Below, piece after piece: positions 11,110 through 23,420 of a stretch of 64,000 nt of DNA. The DNA comes from Takakia lepidozioides. Its lineage: Eukaryota; Plantae; Bryophyta. The translations under genes and the position numbers were made by a program. Under the pieces are notes generated by a model that ran no database searches, was not told where the DNA came from, and saw only the letters and a program-made list of their open reading frames with translations. Position 1 is the first letter of the stretch. Every line of letters begins with the position of its first letter. The stretch is from assembly GCA_030704615.1 (NCBI GenBank), contig CM060733.1, forward strand, positions 6,634,001-6,698,000, in the 5' to 3' direction.

Positions 11110-13635
11110 ATGACAGGTTTGAATCAGGCATGGTTTGAATTAGGCACTTCCGCCATGACCAGTGCTTTTGAAAGAGGACCAGCAGAGGGTGGCAACAATA
11201 TCAGCACTGTTGGTGATGCGAGGAGACTATGTAAGGCAGGACAACTGAAAGAGGCGCTGCACATTTTGCAAGGCGTCTGCTCAGACTCAAACTGCTCAGA
11301 CTCAGATATTTATGTCTGTCTCTTGCAGGAGTGCATCAAAATGAAAGATCTACAAACAGGAAAGCAGGTGCACACTCACATTGTCCAAAGTGGATTCAAG
11401 CCAAATTTGTTTCTACTCAATAACATTGTCCACATGTATGTCAAGTGTGGGAGCCTGGTGGATGCACGTGAAGTGTTTGACAAGATACCTGAACGAGATG
11501 TGTTTGTATGGACTATAATGATGGCAGGATATGCAAAGCATGGGTGCAGTAGGGAGTCTTTCAAGATTTACAGGCAAATGATGAAGGAAGGGGTGAGGCC
11601 TAACAAGTTCACATTCATTTGCGTTCTGAAGGCATGTGCTAGCCTAGGAGCCCTGGAAATGGGCAGAGAGGTTCATGCTGAAATCATCAAAGCTGGAATT
11701 GTGCGAGACATTATTCTGGAGACTGCCCTTGCTGCAATGTATGTGGAGTCAGGGAGCATTCAGGATGCTCGTCAAGTGTTCAACAATATGGCTCAGCGAA
11801 ATGTGGTCTCATGGAATGTGATGATCACGGGTTATGCTCGGCATGGTTGTCGTACAGAGGCTTTTGAGATGTACAAGCAGATGACACGGGAAGGGATGAC
11901 ACCTGACAAGGTCACATTCCTTGGTGTTCTCCATGCATGTGCCAGCTTGACAGCTCTGGAAAAGGGCAAACAGGTTCACGCTGACATTGTCAAAGCCGGA
12001 ATTGCCCCGGATGTCGTTCTGGAGACTGCCCTGGTCAATATGTATGCTAACTGCAGGAGCATAAAGGATGCACGCCAAGTATTCAATAATATGGCCAAAC
12101 TAGATGTGGTTTCTTGGAGTGCTATGATCGCAGGATATGCTAAGCATGGGTGTGGTAGAAAGGCCTTTGAGATATACGAGCAAATGATACGGGAAGGGGT
12201 GAGACCCAATAAGGTCACATTCATTTCCGTTCTCAATGCCTGTGCCAGCCTTGCAGCGCTGGAAAAGGCCAAAAAGGTCCATGCTGACATCATCAAAGCT
12301 GGAATCATGCCGGATATCATTCTGGAGACTGCCCTTGTTAACATGTATGCCAAATGTGGGAGCGTAAAGGATGCGCGTCAAGTATTTGATAGCATGACTA
12401 AACTTGATGTGGTCTCATGGAGCGCGATGATTGCAGGATATGCTCAGCATGGGTGTGGTAGGGAGGCTTTTGAGATATATGAGCAAATGATTCGGGAGGG
12501 GGTGATGCCCAACAAGGTTACATTCATTTGCATTCTCAGTGCGTGTGCCAGCATCGCAGCCCTAGATAAGGGCAAAAAGGTTCACGCTTACATCAGAAAA
12601 GCTGGAATTGTGCCAGATATCATTCTGGAGACTGCCCTTGTGGACATGTATGCCAACTGCGGGAGCGTGAATGATGCACGTCAATTGTTCGATGGTATGG
12701 CTCAACGCAATGTGGTTTCATGGAGTGCTATGATCTCGGGATATGCCCAGCATGGGCATGGTAGGGAGGCCCTCCAGCTATTTGAACGAATGCAGCACGC
12801 AGGCTTGAAATTGGATGGTATCACCTTTATATCTGTTCTCTCTGCATGTAGCCATGTGGGTCTTGTGGATGAAGGTCGTCACTACTTCGATTCCATGAGT
12901 CAAGATCATGGCCTCGCACCTACAGCAGAACATTTTGGCTGCATGGTGGACCTTCTTGGCCGCGCAGGGCGATTAGATGAGGCACAAGAGTTCATTAACA
13001 AAATGCCAATCGAACCAGGTGCAGTGGTGTGGGGGGCCTTGCTTGGCGCCTGCAGAATCCATGGTGATGTAGAGCTTGCAGAACATGCGGCAAAATGCCT
13101 TCTCAAGTGGGATCCACAACATGCTGGAACGTATGTGCTGCTATCAAACATCTATGCTGCAGCTGGAAGATGGGATGCTCAAGCTAAGGTAAGAAAAATG
13201 ATGGAGAATAGAGGTGTCCGAAAGGAGCCAGGGTACAGCTGTATTGAGGTGGATAACCAGGTGCATATATTCTTTGTAGAAGATAGTTTGCATCCACAAA
13301 TTGAGGAAATCCACGCAGAGCTCACGAAGTTATCTGGGCACATGAGGGAGGTGGGGTATGTGCCCGACACGCGTTTTGTATTGCATGATGTAGAGGAGGA
13401 GCAAAAGGAATCTTCTCTTTGCTACCACAGTGAGAAGCTGGCCATTGCTTTTGGCCTCATTAGCACACCCCCTGGGATGCCTATCCACATCCTCAAGAAC
13501 CTTCGGGTTTGTGGTGATTGCCACACAGCCACCAAGTTCATTTCGAAGATTGTTGGGCGAGCAGTTGTTGTTCGGGATGCGAATCGCTTTCACCATTTCC
13601 ATGATGGGTTTTGTTCTTGTGGGGATTACTGGTGA
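11110..13635 (+). CDS. PLS-class pentatricopeptide repeat protein with E1/E2/DYW deaminase domain (organellar C-to-U RNA editing factor)
   Basis: 841-aa ORF with tandem P-L-S triplets, PG box (KEPGYSCIEV), HSEKLA, CGDCH and terminal CSCGDYW. A TGCAG acceptor just upstream (~11104-11108) suggests a 5' exon. Confidence 0.96.
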   Translation: MTGLNQAWFELGTSAMTSAFERGPAEGGNNISTVGDARRLCKAGQLKEALHILQGVCSDSNCSDSDIYVCLLQECIKMKDLQTGKQVHTHIVQSGFKPNLFLLNNIVHMYVKCGSLVDAREVFDKIPERDVFVWTIMMAGYAKHGCSRESFKIYRQMMKEGVRPNKFTFICVLKACASLGALEMGREVHAEIIKAGIVRDIILETALAAMYVESGSIQDARQVFNNMAQRNVVSWNVMITGYARHGCRTEAFEMYKQMTREGMTPDKVTFLGVLHACASLTALEKGKQVHADIVKAGIAPDVVLETALVNMYANCRSIKDARQVFNNMAKLDVVSWSAMIAGYAKHGCGRKAFEIYEQMIREGVRPNKVTFISVLNACASLAALEKAKKVHADIIKAGIMPDIILETALVNMYAKCGSVKDARQVFDSMTKLDVVSWSAMIAGYAQHGCGREAFEIYEQMIREGVMPNKVTFICILSACASIAALDKGKKVHAYIRKAGIVPDIILETALVDMYANCGSVNDARQLFDGMAQRNVVSWSAMISGYAQHGHGREALQLFERMQHAGLKLDGITFISVLSACSHVGLVDEGRHYFDSMSQDHGLAPTAEHFGCMVDLLGRAGRLDEAQEFINKMPIEPGAVVWGALLGACRIHGDVELAEHAAKCLLKWDPQHAGTYVLLSNIYAAAGRWDAQAKVRKMMENRGVRKEPGYSCIEVDNQVHIFFVEDSLHPQIEEIHAELTKLSGHMREVGYVPDTRFVLHDVEEEQKESSLCYHSEKLAIAFGLISTPPGMPIHILKNLRVCGDCHTATKFISKIVGRAVVVRDANRFHHFHDGFCSCGDYW

Positions 13636-15379
13636 AACAAGCAACTTGCATGAAGACAGTGTGTTGCTAACCATGCAGTGAAAGTGCGAGTGCAAGGTTG
13701 AAGATGTCATAAATTGTGATTTCGTCTTGTATCTAAAGAGTAAATTATTTGCAGCACTGTATGCAATAGACCATTCTTTACCCCGTGTAGGCTGCCCGGG
13801 GTCATGACCATGACCACAAACCAAGTCAGATCATTGAACCAGTTGAGAGCACTTTATTACACATGGGATTGTCAAGACGTCCACAAAGCACTGCTCGAAA
13901 TTTCGTGTAGTGACTTTACGGAGCAAAACTTCCCATCATTGTCTCCTGTTGTTAGATGTAGTTACTTTCCGTAGCAGAATCATTGGACTGTGTTGTTCTG
14001 CCCTGGACATGTCTGAATTACAGCCCTCCGCCCAGAGAATTTTTGCAATCCAGGCAGGGGCAAAGGAAATTTTAGAATTTTCAAGCAGTGCTTAACTACA
14101 GGTAAAATTCTTACCCTCAATCTTCTTGGCTTCATTCCTGGAGAATGTGTTCTCCCTGAAGACAAAATTGGTGATATTATTGAAATAGTACTTTTGCTTG
14201 TCTTCTATTGTGTTGAATCCTAATTGACTTGTCCAATGAAAGAGCAAGTCTGGAATTTGACATTCATAACCTGTTGTCTCTATCTATAGATTTGTGACAA
14301 AGGCATTGCCAAAGACACAGGTTGCTTGGGCTGATCCCTTGGTATTCCATTTTGCAAGGTTTCTTCCTTTGGCATCATTTGCATTTTCTGCTCATTTTCT
14401 TCTCTCTTGTGCTTCACCCTGAGCTCTAAATTTGTACATGCCAAAACTACTGTCGACTACATTACGGCATTTGATACAGCCAACTTTGCCTGCAGCTCTC
14501 TTCCACACCATACCCTCTCCCGATGTTTTGTTGCAACTCGGTTCAGGCCTGGTGCCATTGATAGCCCCAACAATGCACATGAATCTATAATCATTTGCTG
14601 AGCGATTCAGTCACCTGCAGGTGTCTAGCAGCCTCCATGGTAGCTGCTGTCTTACCAGCAGCAGGCTCTAAGGGCCAGTACTTCTGTATGCTGAATGCAT
14701 CCATCAGCTGTTAGCTGGTGCTCATTATATCCTGGATGGCATGCAGTTTGTCTCTGTTTGTAGGCATGGCCATGAGCAGTCGGGTCTGACAGGATGGTGC
14801 AGCCACACCTTGAACAGACATGACAAAACTAGAGGATCACTTGCAATTCCTGCAGGAGTTCTCTATTTTCAAGGAGCTTCAAGAGTGTGAATGACAGCTT
14901 ACCTTATTTCTGTCAATAGACCTTAATACTGCCGAACGTCTATAAGGTTCAAAATGCTGAACTTTTAGAGGACAATGGACAAGAAGATGTTCAACTATTG
15001 GGGCAGTTTTAACAATGGTACTAATGATTCACTTGTACAATTGTTGAGAGAAGTCATGGAGTAATTAAGGGTGCAACTCTTCTTTATGCAGAACCTGAGT
15101 CAAAGAATGCATTGTGGGAGAATTTGTAGCATGTAGACAGACACCCATAGCAAGAATATCAAATGCATGAAAACCTTAGACTCTCCACGGCAACTAGGGA
15201 GATGAATTAGGGTACAGATTCCTTGTAAATGCATAGATAGATTAACTGTTACCTTAACAGGAACATTTCACCACCGGTTCCCAGTGAATGTGTGTATCAC
15301 TGCAACACTACTGGCAGCTACTTCCCTTTGCAGTTTCCTTCAGGACAATCTCCATGTAACAAAAACGAAATAATTACAC

Positions 15380-18300
15380 CTACTTCTCGAGAATGAATTC
15401 TTGAATTGAAATACCTGTATGGCGAGCAGCATCTTGCAGACTCACTAGCACTGTATCGCCTACTTTTAAATTCGTCACAGCTATCGCGCCTCTTCCACGT
15501 CCTTGTACATCTGTCATCACCCACTCTTGCTCAGACCCTTTAATTGACCATTTGAAAGCAAGCCACATTTCAGTTCAAGCAGGGTATCATAACAAACTTC
15601 ACATAAGTAGCCTCGAACAGGCCATAAGTGAAAGACCATTACGATCTATCTGCCAGCAGCTTGTCAAGATCCCCATCCCCAGAAATCATTGTGGGACATC
15701 AGAAACAGAAGAATCTCACTGGTGCTTCTCTGGGAATTTTGGACGCAGTAGCTTCATCAGACACAACATCAAAGCCACTCTAGACACCATTCGAGGATAG
15801 AGTATATGCTGTAGAGTGGGTGCCATTCTCCTTGACTTCCTCGATAACAGTATCACTTTCATCCTTTCACTCCAGTAATATAGCTCTCGCAACTGTCTGC
15901 CTTCTCTAACAGGACCCCATAAGATAGCTAAGAAAGACAACCACCAGGAGGAGTAACAAAGTTGACAGTTTCTGCATTCTGTACAATAGCTAAGAAAGAC
16001 ACCCACCAGGAGGAGAAACAAAGTTGACCGTTTCCGCATTCTGTAGCAACACACTGTGGCGTGCTCCTTCAAGCTGTTCACCCATCCCATCCAGATTCAT
16101 CATTTGCAACCTACGCTTCCACTGAGTTCCTGAGAAGTCAGACTGGAACAGCACATCCTGACAGTTTAAGTTTTCAGGCACAGAATTGGCACTGGAAACT
16201 TTGCAGCCCCCCTCTACCCTAGTTTTCGCACCACAATATATTCTACTTAAATTGAAATACAGAGACTTACCTTTTTTATTATCTTTGTAAATTAGCTGCT
16301 ACCTTGGCCTCCAAAAATGAGCTCCAGCTCAAGGATTCAAGTCATACATGACTGAATCCCAAATCACCTTGCAACAAGAGTCTGACCAAGACTTCACGCA
16401 GTTGTTTTCCTGGGGTGCATTACTTGCATTGACAGTCAGCACAGAAACTGGCACATGTACCTCGACTTCCACTAGAAGTAACGGCCTTGACTCGATCTTA
16501 ACACGACCCACAAGTACAGTACGTGAGTTTCCATGGGCATCGACCACCATAACTTGACTAGCAGTATGCAGTTCCGACAAATACCCAGTGCGCCCTCCAG
16601 CCATGGCTACATAGGCATGCACTGGCCCCTGCAACGTCCACATCAAACTGTGACTGTCAATGATGTCAATCCAGATTAATGTGTTTCAGCAGTTTGAATT
16701 TAGAATGAGAGACTCTCAACTTACAGCAGGTCAGCAAACAAGCCGCTATGAGATGAAAAGTACTTGGTTACCGGTTGATGTGCAATATTAGCCTACACAA
16801 TTTCGGCAACCATCAAATTGCATGATTGTAGCTACAAGCTTGTTGCTGCTCCTTTCCAGTAAGCCCTGCAGCTTATGCCCCTCTTCTAACTTCTCAATTC
16901 CCTTGCTCACATTTTCTACACTCCCCTGCCAACATTCATTCTACGTCCTACCCGTGCTCCTGCCAGGGTTCATCTCCTTTTCTTTGCAATCTAGACTTCA
17001 GTGCTACTCATGGCTTCTACGACCTTCAAACCATGTGTATAATTCCAATAAACCCCAGCTATTAACCTCATTCAACTTGTGTTGTAAAACACCTACTGCG
17101 TTCACACGGAAGGGTCGGCTCTGCACATAATTGTTCTCCAAACACTCTGAGTGCACCAGAAAGAGGGCCCTTGCAAACGATCCGACCTGTTGCACCCACA
17201 GAACATTTCCTTCCATGTTATCCCACAATGCCCACCCCATTCTCCCTTCAGCAATCTCGACGAGACAAACTGCTTAAAATTTCACCTCGTATCTTTCCAA
17301 GAGAAACCCATATCCACGTACAGTTGGATCTTGCTGAGTTTAAACAACTGTTGCTCCTCAATACAAAACCTTGGGGAAAAGGCACAAGAAAGTACCAGCA
17401 GACCCTCTCCAGGGTTCAAGAGACTGCAGAGATCAACGCATACTCTATCTCCCATCCCCACAAGCTCCACTTGTGTCACAATGGCTTGTGCCAGTCTGAC
17501 TCCACTCTTCGCTTCATTCCTCCCGTTCAGATATGCCTGCAGGCAATGCCTTATTAGATTGGAACTGACCTATCTATGACTACATTCCAGCTATATCCAA
17601 CTCAAGTGTCCATTGTCCCCTCTCCCTGTGCCCGAGCACATCATGCTGAATACATTTCATGAATGGCTTCAATAAGGAAGACTTGGCAGCAACCAAGTCT
17701 CTTGTAGTGTTCTTAAAGTGCATCCCTGTTGTCAGAGACATGATGCGACATAGACTATCAGCATTCAAGACAAAACAAGCACCCACTTACTCTTCATGAA
17801 GGATGAGACAACCGACCTTAAGAGCAAAAACTTGAGAAGGATCATCTGTGTGCAAGACCACCCCATCTGTGCCTCGCTCCAAAGCCTGCAGTCCTACTGT
17901 CACTTCTTCCACGGTGCCACTACGGTCTGTTCCAATCTGAAACTCACTGCTGACAACTCAGTTGCCTTGGAAGACTGTTAGGTGTATGCATGGTAATAGA
18001 AAATCAACAGAGGATTCCTACAGAACAAAGTTTTCTACAATGGGCTAATCTACAATTAGTCCTGTCCATCATGAAGATATGAGATCCTTTTCTCCTGCAG
18101 TCATTCACGCTCACAAAGATGTTGCATTACCTCGAGGTACACTTGTGCATCCGTGGCAGTTGCTGCAGTGGCATAGAGAGCAGTGTGGCTGTCCTGAAAT
18201 GCCGCTACCATGTTTTCAGCAGGCAAGACCTATCCTGCCAATTATAAAATCAGTGCAGGCACCCAAGTGAAGCACTGCTAGCATCACAAACCAAAAACTT

Positions 18301-19220
18301 TCAAACTATTCAGACACGACTCAGAGGGTTAGGGTTCTTGGTACACTCTCAAACTCGTGAGTGGGTCAACTGGTGGCCTCACCACACGCAGAAAACACTA
18401 ACAACAGAAGATCACACAATGGTTAAGGCTACATAGATATACCTTCCAGTCCAGAGTGTTCATCACCACCACCTCAGCCTGGCCCATCAATGCTGGAAGG
18501 TTATCAACTTGGTCCCCTGAAGACACTTGGCCCAGCAGGGCCACCTGCTTGCTCTCCGCATCTAAAAACATTCCACCTTCCAGATAGAGCGGCTTGATCC
18601 GTGCCAGTGCTGCAACCCGCCCTCCTCCCTCTCAGCAAAACAGACCTACCAAGGAGCACCCTGCCACCCAGAATGCAGCAGCTGAGACAAACGAATATAT
18701 TAAAACAAGCCCAACAGCAAAGGAGCCTTGGGATGGCCCAACATACGCAAAACCCTTCTACCTGGAACGGTGGCAGGTACAAATTCCTCTTGCAATTCAT
18801 CCACAATCAGAGCCTAAATTGTGGTGCTACTGCTGACTAGCTTCATTGTTGCTCGTTTTCCACAGACTCCTACAGCGAACAACCACAACTGGCCTGGTCT
18901 ATGCCATGCATTCCTGTTACATTCTCTCTCTTCCCCCCCTTCCCCCCCCCCCCCCACCAAACCAAGATTCCCCGCTTTTCACCCAAAAATGAGTAGGTAG
19001 AGGACGGACATGCCCACTCATTGGCCAGGTCTTTGGTGTCTGGAGTGAAAACAAACGTAGTCCATCCACCTTCCACGGAGGCGGTCATCACGTCCTTGTT
19101 ATTCGTCCACACCCACACCGCTTTCATGCTCGCTCGTGGTACTGCTAGTCTCCCTGTGGCAATCCTCTCTGGTCGAGATGAGCTTTGGAATCCCCCTTTC
19201 GCACTGCTATGCAATGCCAT
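15380..19220 (-). CDS. 3-dehydroquinate synthase II (archaeal AroB'-like, DHQS family) homolog, 9 recognised exons; the start may lie further upstream
   Basis: Spliced exons give [23 protein letters not shown]|[43 protein letters not shown]|[22 protein letters not shown]|[31 protein letters not shown] and [15 protein letters not shown], with stop at 15382-15380. Confidence 0.93.
15924..16048. repeat. 62-bp tandem duplication spanning an exon end and splice donor of the DHQS gene
   Basis: Units 15924-15985 and 15986-16048 both read atagctaagaaagaca-ccaccaggaggag-aacaaagttgac-gtttc-gcattctgta with four substitutions. Confidence 0.9.
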
Positions 19221-22200
19221 TCCTGCACGCCAAGCCGTGCCACATCATCATCTTGCCTGTCTGTCTGCTGGCACATCATTTCAGCATTGAGCCACTGCCA
19301 CACATGCACCATCTCCGCAGGAAGATTTCTCAACGTCCAAACTTTATTGGTAAAATGTGTTCCTCCACAAGGTTGATAACTCCATCAAATCGAGGTGTGC
19401 AGAATATGTCTCTTGGGACACTACTCAGTACGTCCGTGTGCCATGGGCAACTTGGTGCGGCAGTCTCATGCTGTAGTACATCAACTCCTTACAGCACGCA
19501 CAGTTTGTTGGCGGCCTCAATCCTCAAGCAGGGAGGATTGAGCACCAGAGCGCCTTTTCAATTCAAAACAGTGCATGCTGGATTGAAGGTGTAATCACGC
19601 ATCTGATAGTAGGAGTCATGGACTTGTGCTACAGATTACATGCGTCCAACCTTGGCTGTCAGTGATTTACGGCAATTTATGCAATTCTGACTTACATATT
19701 GCTGCTACAACATCACATGCGTCGACTCACCGAGGGTTGCCCAAGTTGCGCTGCACGCCTCCATGGGATGCGTACCCGGCCAAATGAATGACAGAAAGTG
19801 AGAGCTGCCACTCTTGGCTTCCTTGGATTGAGATGTCTGACACTGGATGCCAGTGAACTGTGGAAGGATGCTCTTGAGAAAATGACTACAATGCGAACCA
19901 CAAGCTCATTCCCTCAATGCAGCCGTGAGTGTTGCTCGTTGATGAGAGGCGCCACTAGAAATCCGACTGTCCACTGCCCTGTCCTCAGCACACTGTCCCA
20001 AGCCATACACTGATAATGGCAGCGTATGGCGACCTGCGGGTTTCGCCATACGCTTATGATTATAGGGTATGGCGGCTCCAACATGCTATATCTCACATGT
20101 GAAATGAAAAAAACAGAAGTATGAACAAACAGAAATAAGTCAAATAATTGAAGGGAAAAATAGAACTATGCACATATCAAATTCTATAGATTATTTTAAA
20201 AATAAATTATATAAAAATAGAAACAATAATAATAATTTATATATAATAAATTTAATGTGGAAAACCATCTTTTTTTTATATCTTCGTGGGCTACTTTTCA
20301 TATATTATATGGAAATATAATTTAAAAATAGCATTTAAAAAAAACAAAAAAAAACAAAGATTGCAATCCATACATTTGATGTGAATGAAGTTCATACATC
20401 AGTGTGTAATCCTGGTTGTTTTGTTTTGCTTTGCTTCTCTCTTCTAAATACTTGTGATTTCAATGTTAGATATTATTCTATCACAAACCTAAAACCTTAC
20501 TTTTATTTTATATATTCTATTACCTCGTTTGCGTAGTCTTCTAAATAACCCTCGTTTCCCTCAGAATTTGTGTACTATTCTTTGCATCTTCCAAACATTT
20601 GTGATGTGAATATTACATGTCATTGATCTAGTCTCATAGCTTAGTCTCATAGCTACAACCATCATTTTGCTTTCTTTTTTGCATTCGAGATACATAGATA
20701 TACAATTTTCTCTTACGCATTTGTATTGTAAGGCCTTTGTCTTATCATACACTATTCTTAAGCAAGTATCTAAGAGGTATGTAAGTGAATGTAGGGCTTA
20801 TGGAGTCAAGATGGAAGATGACGACGAGCTTTCAAATGATGCATTCATTTATCTCTTTGATTTTGAGGATGGACTGGAATACATCGCAAGTTTGGAGGAG
20901 ATTTTTGAAAGTGCACATATACATGGTGAGCCTCTTTCACATCCATTTTTTAAAAAGCATGTCTTCAGCTTTCGGATGTTGAGTTGGAGATTGACAATGG
21001 ATTGGAGACAAAAATCAAATCCGAATTTGACGAGCACGAAGAACCATGTGGATAATTCAATAGTGACAATGATATAAAATCAAATGCAATTGGTGACGAT
21101 CATTCTCTATGTATTTTCGGGAATATAGAGATAGAGCGTTCTCCAAAGTTTGTTCAATTCACATTTGGAAGTAGAAGCCTCATGATTGGGTGTTTAGAGA
21201 TTTTCGACCACCTAGTCCACCTAGTCATAGTCATGGACGTCTTATAGATGCAAATGATCCCATAGCTACCTTTGAAAGATGGAAAAAACTTTCATGCAAC
21301 TACAATGTGCATTACTTTGCACTCTCTTTCTAGCCCACTCTTGTGCCTCACGCACTTTACGAGGATGCATCAACGTCCATTTCCCAACCTTCTTATCTCT
21401 CATTTCTTTCATCCACTCTTCTTTATTCTTCCACAAAAGCTCTGCATACAAATAGTCGTTGGCTTCGAGATAAGCCCAAGAGCAACAGCACGATCATCCA
21501 AACCATCCTCCCAGTCGATTTCTGTAAACACAAATATTCAAGCTGCTTGAATATATCAGTAACAGAGAAGACTCTCCAATTCGTCCTTATCCGTGAAGGT
21601 GGGTTCGAAATGAAGATGTGCATGAGCTTGCCGCAACAAGAAGTCCTCGAGCTTTCGTCACTGCTCTTTCTTGTAGGGCTTTCTGGAGTTTGAAAGCAGC
21701 AACCTGACTCCAGAATGCAACGCCGATGATAGTCCGAACAACATCCACCTTGCTCTCCTCACGGCTCGATGTGGATGGCATGTCATAGAGGACCTTGAGG
21801 TCATCCATGACATCCATGCATATCCCAAACCGAGGCCGAACTGCAAGGAGGACCTGCAGACATAGCCTCGCCCTGCACAAAAGACAATCCAGGCGAGAGT
21901 TTTGTCAGTTTGTAAGCTTGGATTTGTAATGAGGCCTATACGCGTGGCTTCTGACCACGTTGTGTGGTTCTCCAATTGGTCCACATGAGGTGCTTCTTAT
22001 GTGGGATATCCCAGCGATGGGAAACCCTACGTAAGCAGGTCCAGCAATTAAAGTGCAAATTATACAGTGAGCCTTATTCACCGCCAGCGACGCGACTACC
22101 ACCGCCAACGATGGCGCGGTACGAACTCCTCTCAAGCAGTTGATAAAACCTACGCGCATAGCCCTCACAAGTTCACAATCCTCTATGTCACCTAGTTGCC

Positions 22201-22623
22201 CAACCCCCTCTCTCTTATGCTCATACTTAATTCTCAAGTTTCTCCTCCATGTGTTTGAATGCATTTCGTCTTGCATTTACCTCATTTTCTGTAGCTGCGC
22301 TTTGTCTCCTTATCCACTTCTCATTTTCTGTTCTTCGTTTTCATTTTTTGGCGCGAGGAGCCATGAATCTAAACTGCAACAAATCCCAACATACGATAAG
22401 TAACAATCATGACAATTAGAAAAAATATACAACAAAACTAAACTCAAATCTTTCAGTATATATAAATCAATAATGGACAAGTGTATATTAAATCTACAAT
22501 CATACTCAATTCATTTCTAATGAAAGTTTCAAGTTTTAAAATACAATCTAAAAAGACCTTGTGTATCAAAATCCATTGTCCAAAACTATGTTATATGCAA
22601 ACACTAATTTTTAAACCCTACCA

Positions 22624-23420
22624 ATGAGTGAAAATCGTCGTATGTTCCATGCCAAGTTTGAGGGCAAGCCGGTAGTTGTGAAATTTGTACAGACATATGG
22701 TATAAATGTTCATGCAGCGTGGGCAAAAAGAGGTTGGACACTAGAGGTTTTTTTGCATCGTGTTCTCCCAAGTGTGTACTCCATGACTAATCTGCTTGCA
22801 TCTACCTATACAGTGGTCTTGTTTCGAGAATCAATTTGGTTTGAGAAATTAGAAGGGATCTACATGAATAGGTGTTTTATTTAGATTATAAAGAGCCAAA
22901 GGGAAGTTGTTTCATTTGTAGCCTATTGCTTTCGACTGCATGTGGCTGGCAGCAAGTTACGATGGAGCACTTTGGCAAGGGGTGGTCGTTGTTGCTGGAG
23001 TTGGACGGAGAAGAGTACGCAGCTGCTTCCAATGCATCATGCAAAATCTTGAAGGACGCACAAATGTTAGCCACGTTGTGGTGTACATGGTTACCTTCGG
23101 CCAAACAACATTATGGTTCGCAAGAACAAAGTGCACTTCATTGGTTTTGGCTGGGCCGGGGTAGAAAACAAAGTCAGGTGCTCCCCAACACTTGCTCGAA
23201 ATCTTGTATACCCCTTCTGATTTTGGTTGGAATCATTGTTTTTTGTTTTTTTATTTTGGCATCTATAAGAGTATTTGGTCCCTGTCCTTGCAAGTATCCA
23301 TGGTTCATGAACCACGTTGAGATTTCATGGCTGCTGGTGCTGAGGACGGCGCTCTTATTAAAAGAGAGCATGACGCATGGATGCTTGAGAAACTATTGCA
23401 GAGTAGATTCGGAATTTGAA
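22624..23420 (+). pseudogene. Fungal/Crinkler (CRN)-type protein kinase pseudogene
   Basis: GKPVVVKFVQTYGINVHAAWAKRG, then GWQQVTME, VHGYLRPNNIMV (HGDLR loop, D>Y), FIGFGWAG (DFDWAG degenerate), an intron, and YPWFMNHVEISW.AGAEDGALIKREHDAWML. Frameshifts are present. Confidence 0.7.

Noticed and set aside
19713-19901. Ser/Arg-rich ORF as the transit-peptide exon of the DHQS gene
   Set aside because: Plausible, but a splice connection to 19220 could not be established from sequence alone.
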